From: Gordius albopunctatus
Taxonomy: Eukaryota
NCBI GenBank assembly: GCA_964276515.1
Contig: OZ193910.1
Span: 7,812,001-7,876,000, forward strand
Reading direction: 5' to 3'
Length of the DNA stretch: 64,000 nucleotides
A program made the position numbers and the translations under genes. This document shows positions 43,473 to 54,474 of the stretch, one piece after another (positions within the stretch are counted from its first letter, which is position 1; each line of letters starts with the position of its first letter). The notes beneath the pieces were generated by a model that saw only the letters and a program-made list of their open reading frames with translations, did not search any database and was not told the origin of the DNA.

Positions 43473-43521
43473 TCTCCAATAATACACAATATTTCATTAC
43501 AAATTTACATAAAAATATACA

Positions 43522-45393
43522 TTAAAAATTGTCAATATCTAAACTGTCACTATCGTCATTTAGCGATGAAATTGATTCATCAGATGAAGATATTGAGCGC
43601 GCTTTTGCATTAAAATTGATACTACTTTTCAAGTGCATGTTGTGCCGCCTTATGGACACTAGCTTTTTCACCTTGTCGTTTTTCATTCGATTTCTTGATT
43701 TAGAATGTACATAACCAAATGTGGACCAAATTCTTTCTGTGGCAGCACTGGTAGCTGGAATTGAAAAGAGTTTCACGGCAATTTCAGATAAGGGTTGGTT
43801 AGTGCACAAGCCTTTCCACCACGTCAAGGGTGAAATGTAACTAGCGCTATCCCATATTGACCGCTCAGCAAACAACCCGTCTTTAGCACGAAATTCTGCC
43901 AAATTGGCAATAACTTGGCCTATATTGAAATTATAGCCTTGAGAAATAATCTTGATAGCGTTAATTGCTTCAGCTATTTCTTTTGTAGTAAGGTTGACTC
44001 CACAATAACGTGGATCAAGCAAGTTAGCTGCCATATGAAAATCCTTACAGCAAAACGATTTCCTTTTGCTCACGAATTTTTTAATAGCACTTGCATCAAT
44101 TAGGCTAAATTCCTTACTAGAAATTTGGCTGAAATGGGCTTTAATAGTATGAAATGCTTCCGGTACATCAGACAATAATCCAGAGTCACTTTCTATGCAA
44201 GTTATTTTGGTCAAAATTACATCTAAAAAAATGTAATTTTTTTATTTTCTCCCAAAAAACATCATTATCAAGCAAATTTAAACGTTTGCTTCGATCAGCA
44301 AATGTATCTGTTAAAGCTAGTTCCTGCAAAGTATCTTTGTTTACTAGGAAACTATTAAGCATTATAACCATACCACCCCACCTTGTTGGACAGGGTATTT
44401 TCAAAGTTGTGAGTCGATTTTTGTTACATTGTTTTTCTTTAAAAGTTGATGATAATATTGTATTAAATTTAATGTATTTTATAATTTGTTAACTTTAGCT
44501 GTATTATTTTGGATGGTAGGAATTTTGTTGGATATATCTTTTATTAATAAATTAAGCCCATGAGCTGCACAGCCAAAGCACTCAATTGAAGGATGTTTAG
44601 ACTTAACTATTTCCCAAGCCTTCTTCATATTTTTAGCGTTGTCAGTAACTATGGCAACAAATTTTTGAGTGCCAATTTCTTCCATCACCTTTAGGAATTG
44701 ATCAGCTATATAATCCCCAGTATGGGCATTCGTCCCTGTATCTATAGATTTTAAAAATATGGGTTTCGGTGTCATTATTATAAAATTGATTATGGACTCC
44801 CCCCTAATGTTTGTCCAACCATCACTAATTAATGTAAAATTAGAACCTGATTCTAGTTTTTCATTTATAACTGCTTTGATCTTGTCAAATTGGTAATTTA
44901 GCAAAGAACCTCCTATTGCCTTTCTTGGTGGAATTCTGAAGGATGGTTTTATAGATTTGAAAAAGTCCTTCCAATAATAATTTTCTGTTATGTTAAAGGG
45001 ACAATTTGACATATAGATAGCCAGTGCAAGCTTTTCATTTAATCTTTCTTGTTGCACTGGAGTCATGCTATCGAAATATTGATTAATATTTGATGTGGAT
45101 TGTTTTGAAGTGTTAAAATTTGTTGTTAACTCAGGTGTTGTTACAGTGGGGTGTTTGTGTTCTGACGCAGAAAAAGTTTTAGATGATTCTGAGGATATTG
45201 AAAAAACTTCTAGTTCTGAGCATTTTGTTTCACTTGCATATTCTGGGCATTTTTGTATATGGATAGACATTTTTGTTGGGTTGGTGAAGTCATATTTATG
45301 GTTGCAATAGTTGCAGATGGCAATAAAGCCTTTCTTATTGGAGGATGTATGTCTACCAAAATGTTTCCAGATATCAGATGGTTTTCTAGGCAT
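43522..45393 (-). pseudogene. hAT transposase (BED zinc finger, DUF659-like region, DDE core, C-terminal hATC domain), ~623-624 aa when two frameshifts are repaired
   Basis: ORF 45393-44479 has IWKHF...CNYC...HIQKC (BED finger), LISDGW (Asp at 44821-44823), VTDNAKNM (Asp at 44641-44643) and CAAHGLNLL (CxxH). The middle frame has KIIKYIK...IPCPTRW...FW. ORF 44214-43522 has AANLLDPRY, TWWK and IPATSAATERIWS (Glu at 43735-43737). Frame breaks are at ~44485-44487 and ~44225-44243. Confidence 0.93.
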
Positions 45394-46071
45394 CTTACAA
45401 GATTAAAATTTATTTAATGATTTAAAATATAGGCCAATCCAATACAGCTAAAAGCTAGTTAAAAATAAAATGCTAGTATAATTTTACTTGAGTTTTAGTG
45501 TAAGTGTTTTTTAAAATATTAAATAGGATATCAAATTGAATGTCAAATAGATTTAGCTAAAAAAATTTTAAATTTAATTATACATAATCTTACCTGAGGT
45601 TTAAATTAAGTTGTTTATATTATTAAAATTGTAGGTGTGTTTGTAAAGTAGAAACAAAAAATAGTGCTTGATTAAATATAGGGTAATACAGAATTTAAAT
45701 TTTAATGGTGTAGGTGTAATAATACCTAAATAGTTGATTTGCAACTTATATTTCAAATTCAAACAAGCTAAAAGCTACTTTAAATAAAATTGTTTATATG
45801 TATTTACTTAGATGAGTCAAACAAATAGGGTAAACTTTTTGAATATACAATAAGCAAGTCAAATTCCAAAATAAAAGCTAAAAATTTAAATTCTGATGTT
45901 TATATTTTACTTGAATTAGGTGATTGACTAGAAGGTTTCAATTAATTTTAAATAGGCGGAAAAATGCTAATAGAAGTTTCCACGAGGAAAATATAAAATT
46001 CTAAATAATTAAAATCAATTTAAAAATAAAATATTGCGTAAATTTTGTGTCAAAAACATTAATTTTTTTAA

Positions 46072-46155
46072 GGGAATTTATCATAGGGAAAATTCAATTT
46101 TCCCGCGGGAATATTCCCGGGAATTAATGGGAATATTCCCGGGAATATTCCCCCC
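46072..46155. repeat. Right subterminal GGGAA/TTCCC palindromic repeat cluster
   Basis: GGGAATATTCCC at 46107-46118, 46129-46140 and 46141-46152, with further GGGAA at 46072, 46086 and 46119. Confidence 0.85.
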
Positions 46156-46159
46156 TGTG

Positions 46160-46168
46160 CCATCTCTA
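46160..46168 (-). repeat. Right terminal inverted repeat CCATCTCTA
   Basis: Reverse complement of 43288-43296, immediately followed by the TSD. Confidence 0.95.
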
Positions 46169-46176
46169 ATCGCTTT
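46169..46176 (+). repeat. Right target-site duplication ATCGCTTT
   Basis: Identical to 43280-43287 and followed by ATAAGCGTGTC, as in an intact monomer. Confidence 0.97.
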
Positions 46177-49100
46177 ATAAGCGTGTCTCTAGTTTTAGTG
46201 AAACAAGCTCTATGCGATCGTGATTTAGAGATAATAATTTTTGACGACTGATCAAAAAAATGTTTTTAAAGGAATTCACCTCTTATACCGAAAACTTTCA
46301 TGAGAGCTATATGGTTGAACAAAAAAATAGAAAAAATTTTGAGGTCGAAAAAATTTTTATTTTTCATATTCTTTCGAAAGGGAGATGAAAAAATCTTTAA
46401 AAGTTAGTAAATATTCTTAGAATTTTGTCCTTGTTAGAATCTTGAAAGGAATTTATGCGTGGGGGGATGTTTTAGATTGAGAGAAATTAAAATTTAGGTG
46501 TTGCGTTTATATTGTTTCAATATCGCTTTATAAGCGTGTCTCTAGTTTTAGTGAAACAAGCTCTATTCGATCGTGATTCAGAGTTAATAATTTTATGACT
46601 GATCAAAAAAATGTTTTTCAAGGAATTCACCTCTTATACCGAAAACTTTCATGAGAACTATATGGTTGAACAAAAAAATTGAAAAAATTTTGAGGTCGAA
46701 AAAATATTATTTTTTTCATATTTTTTCGAAAGGGAGATGAAAAAATCTTTAAAAGTTAGTAAATATTCTTAGCATTTTGTCCTTGTTAGAATCTTGATAG
46801 GAATTTATCCTTGGGGGGATGTTTGAGATTGAGAGAAATTAAAATTTTCGTGTTGCGTTTATATTGTTTCAATATCGCTTTATAAGCGTGTCTCTAGTTT
46901 TAGTGAAACAAGCTCTATGCGATCGTGATTTAGAGTTAATAATTTTTGATGACTGATCAAAAAAATGTTTTTCAAGGAATTCACCTCTTATACCGAAAAC
47001 TTTCATGAGAGCTATATGGTTGAACAAAAAAATTGAAAAAATTTTGAGGTCGAAAAAATTATTATTTTTCATATTCTTTCGAAAGGGAGATGAAAAAATC
47101 TTTAAAAGTTAGTAAATATTCTTAGCATATTGTCCTCGTTAGAATCTTGATAGGAATTTATGCGTGGGGGGATGTTTTAGATTGAGAGAAATTAAAATTT
47201 TCGTGCTGCGTTTAGTTTGTTTCAATATCGCTTTATAAGCGTGTCTCTAGTTTTAGTGAAACAAGCTCTATGCGATCGTGATTTACAGTTAATAATTTTT
47301 GATGACTGATCAAAAAAATGTTTTTCAAGGAATTCACCTCTTATACCGAAAACTTTCATGAGAGCTATATGGTTGAACAAAAAAATTGAAAAAATTTTGA
47401 GGTCGAAAAAAATATTGTTTTTCAAATTCTTTCGAAAGGGAGATGAAAAAATCTTTAAAAGTTAGTAAATATTCTTAGAATTTTGTCCTTGTTAGAATCT
47501 TGATAGGAATTTTTGCGTTGGCGATGTTTGAGATTGAGAGAAAATAAAATTTTCGTGCTGCGTTTAGTTTGTTTCAATATCGCTTTATAAGCGTGTCTCT
47601 AGTTTTAGTGAAACAAGCTCTATGCGATCGTGATTTAGAGATAATAATTTTTGACGACTGATCAAAAAAATGTTTTTAAAGGAATTCACCTCTTATACCG
47701 AAAACTTTCATGAGAGCTATATGGTTGAACAAAAAAATAGAAAAAATTTTGAGGTCGAAAAAATTATTATTTTTCATATTCTTTCGAAAGGGAGATGAAA
47801 AAATCTTTAAAAGTTAGTAAATATTCTTAGCATTTTGTCCTTGTTAGAATCTTGAAAGGAATTTATGCGTGGGGGGATGTTTTAGATTGAGAGAAATTAA
47901 AATTTAGGTGTTGCGTTTATATTGTTTCAATATCGCTTTATAAGCGTGTCTCTAGTTTTAGTGAAACAAGCTCTATGCGATCGTGATTTAGAGTTAATAA
48001 TTTTTGATGACTGATCAAAAAATTGTTTTTCAAGGAATTCACCTCTTATACCGAAAACTTTCATGAGAGCTATATGGTTGAACAAAAAAATTGAAAAAAT
48101 TTTGAGGTCGAAAAAATTATTATTTTTCATATTCTTTCGAAAGGGAGATGAAAAAATCTTTAAAAGTTAGTAAATATTCTTAGCATATTGTCCTCGTTAG
48201 AATCTTGATAGGAATTTATGCGTGGGGGGATGTTTTAGATTGAGAGAAATTAAAATTTTCGTGCTGCGTTTAGTTTGTTTCAATATCGCTTTATAAGCGT
48301 GTCTCTAGTTTTAGTGAAACAAGCTCTATGCGATCGTGATTTACAGTTAATAATTTTTGATGACTGATCAAAAAAATGTTTTTCAAGGAATTCACCTCTT
48401 ATACCGAAAACTTTCATGAGAGCTATATGGTTGAACAAAAAAATTGAAAAAATTTTGAGGTCGAAAAAAATATTGTTTTTCAAATTCTTTCGAAAGGGAG
48501 ATGAAAAAATCTTTAAAAGTTAGTAAATATTCTTAGAATTTTGTCCTTGTTAGAATCTTGATAGGAATTTTTGCGTTGGCGATGTTTGAGATTGAGAGAA
48601 AATAAAATTTTCGTGCTGCGTTTAGTTTGTTTCAATATCGCTTTATAAGCGTGTCTCTAGTTTTAGTGAAACAAGCTCTATGCGATCGTGATTTACAGTT
48701 AATAATTTTTGATGACTGATCAAAAAAATGTTTTTCAAGGAATTCACCTCTTATACCGAAAACTTTCATGAGAGCTATATGGTTGAACAAAAAAATTGAA
48801 AAAATTTTGAGGTCGAAAAAATTATTATTTTTCATATTCTTTCGAAAGGGAGATGAAAAAATCTTTAAAAGTTAGTAAATATTCTTAGCATATTGTCCTC
48901 GTTAGAATCTTGATAGGAATTTATGCGTGGGGGGATGTTTGAGATTGAGAGAAATTAAAATTTTCGTGCTGCGTTTATATTGTTTCAATATCGCTTTATA
49001 AGCGTGTCTCTAGTTTTAGTGAAACAAGCTCGATGCGATCGTGATTTAGAGTTAATAATTTTTGATGACTGATCAAAAAAATGTTTTTCAAGCAATTCAC

Positions 49101-52100
49101 CTGTTATACCGAAAACTTTCATGAGAGCTATATGGTTGAACAAAAAAATTGAAAAAATTTTGAGGTCGAAAAAAATATTATTTTTCAAATTCTTTCGAAA
49201 GGATGATGAAAAAATCTTTAAAAGTTAGTAAATATTCTTAGCATTTTGTCCTTGTTAGAATATTGATAGAAATTTATGCGTGGGGGGATGTTTGAGATTG
49301 AGAGAAATTAAAATTTTCGTGTTGCGTTTATATTGTTTCAATATCGCTTTATAAGCGTGTCTCTAGTTTTAGTGAAACAAGCTCTATGCGATCGTGATTT
49401 AGAGATAATAATTTTTGACGACTGATCAAAAAAATATTTTTAAAGGAATTCACCTCTTATACCGAAAACTTTCATGAGAGCTATATGGTTGAACAAAAAA
49501 ATAGAAAAAATTTTGAGGTCGAAAAAATTATTATTTTTCATATTCTTTCGAAAGGGAGATGAAAAAATCTTTAAAAGTTAGTAAAGATTCTTAGCATTTT
49601 GTCCTTGTTAGAATCTTGAAAGGAATTTATGCGTGGGGGGATGTTTTAGATTGAGAGAAATTAAAATTTAGGTGTTGCGTTTATATTGTTTCAATATCGC
49701 TTTATAAGCGTGTCTCTAGTTTTAGTGAAACAAGCTCTATGCGATCGTGATTTAGAGTTAATAATTTTTGATGACTGATCAAAAAAATGTTTTTCAAGGA
49801 ATTCACCTCTTATACCGAAAACTTTCATGAGAGCTATATGGTTGAACAAAAAAATTGAAAAAATTTTGAGGTCGAAAAAATTATTATTTTTCATATTCTT
49901 TCGAAAGGGAGATGAAAAAATCTTTAAAAGTTAGTAAATATTCTTAGCATATTGTCCTCGTTAGAATCTTGATAGGAATTTATGCGTGGGGGGATGTTTG
50001 AGATTGAGAGAAATTAAAATTTTCGTGCTGCGTTTATATTGTTTCAATATCGCTTTATAAGCGTGTCTCTAGTTTTAGTGAAACAAGCTCGATGCGATCG
50101 TGATTTAGAGTTAATAATTTTTGATGACTGATCAAAAAAATGTTTTTCAAGCAATTCACCTGTTATACCGAAAACTTTCATGAGAGCTATATGGTTGAAC
50201 AAAAAAATTGAAAAAATTTTGAGGTCGAAAAAAATATTATTTTTCAAATTCTTTCGAAAGGATGATGAAAAAATCTTTAAAAGTTAGTAAATATTCTTAG
50301 CATTTTGTCCTTGTTAGAATATTGATAGAAATTTATGCGTGGGGGGATGTTTTAGATTGAGAGAAATTAAAATTTAGGTGTTGCGTTTATATTGTTTCAA
50401 TATCGCTTTATAAGCGTGTCTCTAGTTTTAGTGAAACAAGCTCTATGCGATCGTGATTTAGAGATAATAATTTTTGACGACTGATCAAAAAAATGTTTTT
50501 AAAGGAATTCACCTCTTATACCGAAAACTTTCATGAGAGCTATATGGTTGAACAAAAAAATTGAAAAAATTTTGAGGTCGAAAAAATTTTTATTTTTCAT
50601 ATTCTTTCGAAAGGGAGATGAAAAAATCTTTAAAAGTTAGTAAATATTCTTAGAATTTTGTCCTTGTTAAAATCTTGAAAGGAATTTATGCGTGGGGGGA
50701 TGTTTTAGATTGAGAGAAATTAAAATTTAGGTGTTGCGTTTATATTGTTTCAATATCGCTTTATAAGCGTGTCTCTAGTTTTAGTGAAACAAGCTCTATT
50801 CGATCGTGATTCAGAGTTAATAATTTTATGACTGATCAAAAAAATGTTTTTCAAGGAATTCACCTCTTATACCGAAAACTTTCATGAGAACTATATGGTT
50901 GAACAAAAAAATTGAAAAAATTTTGAGGTCGAAAAAATATTATTTTTTCCATATTTTTTCGAAAGGGAGATGAAAAAATCTTTAAAAGTTAGTAAATATT
51001 CTTAGCATTTTGTCCTTGTTAGAATCTTGATAGGAATTTATCCTTGGGGGGATGTTTGAGATTGAGAGAAATTAAAATTTTCGTGTTGCGTTTATATTGT
51101 TTCAATATCGCTTTATAAGCGTGTCTCTAGTTTTAGTGAAACAAGCTCTATGCGATCGTGATTTAGAGTTAATAATTTTTGATGACTGATCAAAAAAATG
51201 TTTTTCAAGGAATTCACCTCTTATACCGAAAACTTTCATGAGAGCTATATGGTTGAACAAAAAAATAGAAAAAATTTTGAGGTCGAAAAAATTATTATTT
51301 TTCATATTCTTTCGAAAGGGAGATGAAAAAATCTTTAAAAGTTAGTAAATATTCTTAGCATTTTGTCCTTGTTAGAATCTTGATAGGAATTTATCCTTGG
51401 GGGGATGTTTGAGATTGAGAGAAATTAAAATTTTCGTGTTGCGTTTATATTGTTTCAATATCGCTTTATAAGCGTGTCTCTAGTTTTAGTGAAACAAGCT
51501 CTATGCGATCGTGATTTAGAGTTAATAATTTTTGATGACTGATCAAAAAAATGTTTTTCAAGGAATTCACCTCTTATACCGAAAACTTTCATGAGAGCTA
51601 TATGGTTGAACAAAAAAATTGAAAAAATTTTGAGGTCGAAAAAATTATTATTTTTCATATTCTTTCGAAAGGGAGATGAAAAAATCTTTAAAAGTTAGTA
51701 AATATTCTTAGCATATTGCCCTTGTTAGAATCTTAAGGAATATATGCGTGGGGGGATGTTTGAGATTGAGAGAAATTAAAATTTTCGTGTTACGTTTATA
51801 TTGTTTCAATATCGCTTTATAAGCGTGTTTCTAGTTTTAGTGAAACAAGCTCTATGCGATCGTGATTTAGAGTTAATAATTTTTGATGACTGATCAAAAA
51901 AATGTTTTTCAAGGAATTCACCTCTTATACCGAAAACTTTCATGAGAGCTATATGGTTGAACAAAAAAATTGAAAAAATTTTGAGGTCGAAAAAATTATT
52001 ATTTTTCATATTCTTTCGAAAGGGAGATGAAAAAATCTTTAAAAGTTAGTAAATATTCTTAGCATTTTGTCCTTGTTAGAATCTTGATAGGAATTTATCC

Positions 52101-54274
52101 TTGGGGGGATGTTTGAGATTGAGAGAAATTAAAATTTTCGTGTTGCGTTTATATTGTTTCAATATCGCTTTATAAGCGTGTCTCTAGTTTTAGTGAAACA
52201 AGCTCTATGCGATCGTGATTTAGAGTTAATAATTTTTGATGACTGATCAAAAAAATGTTTTTCAAGGAATTCACCTCTTATACCGAAAACTTTCATGAGA
52301 GCTATATGGTTGAACAAAAAAATTGAAAAAATTTTGAGGTCGAAAAAATTATTATTTTTCATATTCTTTCGAAAGGGAGATGAAAAAATCTTTAAAAGTT
52401 AGTAAATATTCTTAGCATTTTGTCCTCGTTAGAATCTTGATATGAATTTATGCGTGGGGGGATGTTTGAGATTGAGAGAAATTAAAATTTTCGTGCTGCG
52501 TTTAGTTTGTTTCAATATCGCTTTATAAGCGTGTCTCTAGTTTTAGTGAAACAAGCTCTATGCGATCGTGATTTAGAGATAATAATTTTTGATGACTGAT
52601 CAAAAAAATGTTTTTCAAGGAATTCACCTCTTATACCGAAAACTTTCATGAGAGCTATATGGTTGAACAAAAAAATAGAAAAAATTTTGAGGTCGAAAAA
52701 ATTATTATTTTTCATATTCTTTCGAAAGGGAGATGAAAAAATCTTTAAAAGTTAGTAAATATTCTTAGCATTTTGTCCTTGTTAGAATCTTGATAGGAAT
52801 TTATCCTTGGGGGGATGTTTGAGATTGAGAGAAATTAAAATTTTCGTGTTGCGTTTATATTGTTTCAATATCGCTTTATAAGCGTGTCTCTAGTTTTAGT
52901 GAAACAAGCTCTATGCGATCGTGATTTAGAGTTAATAATTTTTGATGACTGATCAAAAAAATGTTTTTCAAGGAATTCACCTCTTATACCGAAAACTTTC
53001 ATGAGAGCTATATGGTTGAACAAAAAAATTGAAAAAATTTTGAGGTCGAAAAAATTATTATTTTTCATATTCTTTCGAAAGGGAGATGAAAAAATCTTTA
53101 AAAGTTAGTAAATATTCTTAGCATATTGCCCTTGTTAGAATCTTAACGAATATATGCGTGGGGGGATGTTTGAGATTGAGAGAAATTAAAATTTTCGTGT
53201 TACGTTTATATTGTTTCAATATCGCTTTATAAGCGTGTTTCTAGTTTTAGTGAAACAAGCTCTATGCGATCGTGATTTAGAGTTAATAATTTTTGATGAC
53301 TGATCAAAAAAATGTTTTTCAAGGAATTCACCTCTTATACCGAAAACTTTCATGAGAGCTATATGGTTGAACAAAAAAATTGAAAAAATTTTGAGGTCGA
53401 AAAAATTATTATTTTTCATATTCTTTCGAAAGGGAGATGAAAAAATCTTTAAAAGTTAGTAAATATTCTTAGCATTTTGTCCTTGTTAGAATCTTGATAG
53501 GAATTTATCCTTGGGGGGATGTTTGAGATTGAGAGAAATTAAAATTTTCGTGTTGCGTTTATATTGTTTCAATATCGCTTTATAAGCGTGTCTCTAGTTT
53601 TAGTGAAACAAGCTCTATGCGATCGTGATTTAGAGTTAATAATTTTTGATGACTGATCAAAAAAATGTTTTTAAAGGAATTCACCTCTTATACCGAAAAC
53701 TTTCATGAGAGCTATATGGTTGAACAAAAAAATAGAAAAAATTTTGAGGTCGAAAAAATTTTTATTTTTCATATTCTTTCGAAAGGGAGATGAAAAAATC
53801 TTTAAAAGTTAGTAAATATTCTTAGAATTTTGTCCTTGTTAGAATCTTGAAAGGAATTTATGCGTGGGGGGATGTTTTAGATTGAGAGAAATTAAAATTT
53901 AGGTGTTGCGTTTATATTGTTTCAATATCGCTTTATAAGCGTGTCTCTAGTTTTAGTGAAACAAGCTCTATTCGATCGTGATTCAGAGTTAATAATTTTA
54001 TGACTGATCAAAAAAATGTTTTTCAAGGAATTCACCTCTTATACCGAAAACTTTCATGAGAACTATATGGTTGAACAAAAAAATTGAAAAAATTTTGAGG
54101 TCGAAAAAATATTATTTTTTTCATATTTTTTCGAAAGGGAGATGAAAAAATCTTTAAAAGTTAGTAAATATTCTTAGCATTTTGTCCTTGTTAGAATCTT
54201 GATAGGAATTTATCCTTGGGGGGATGTTTGAGATTGAGAGAAATTAAAATTTTCGTGTTGCGTTTATATTGTTT
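46169..54274. repeat. Tandem satellite array, ~353-bp monomer (segment 3)
   Basis: Same monomer, resuming at the exact base where the transposon interrupted it. Confidence 0.99.
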
Positions 54275-54474
54275 NNNNNNNNNNNNNNNNNNNNNNNNNN
54301 NNNNNNNNNNNNNNNNNNNNNNNNNNNNNNNNNNNNNNNNNNNNNNNNNNNNNNNNNNNNNNNNNNNNNNNNNNNNNNNNNNNNNNNNNNNNNNNNNNNN
54401 NNNNNNNNNNNNNNNNNNNNNNNNNNNNNNNNNNNNNNNNNNNNNNNNNNNNNNNNNNNNNNNNNNNNNNNNNN
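54275..54474. other. Assembly gap (200 N)
   Basis: Run of exactly 200 N. Confidence 1.

Larger units (their letters stand above)
43288..46168 (-). mobile_element. Full-length hAT-superfamily DNA transposon, 2,881 bp
   Basis: Begins TAGAGATGG and ends CCATCTCTA, has an 8-bp TSD and subterminal repeats, and carries hAT transposase motifs on the minus strand. The satellite resumes in register on both sides. Confidence 0.97.

Noticed and set aside
44223..44260. Intron as the explanation of the second transposase frame break (TTTTTTAG looks like an acceptor)
   Set aside because: The nearest GT donor would remove the conserved FW motif and lead straight into a stop. A small indel explains the break better.
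43265..45310. Short ORFs 43265-43489(-), 43529-43714(+), 43915-44103(+), 44154-44492(+) and 45095-45310(+)
   Set aside because: These are antisense shadows of the transposase or translation of the subterminal repeats, and they have no motifs.
46100..46152. NF-kB-like and STAT-like (TTCCCGGGAA) sites at the transposon ends
   Set aside because: The resemblance follows from palindromic GGGAA subterminal repeats, which transposase binding already explains. There is no independent evidence for host-factor regulation.
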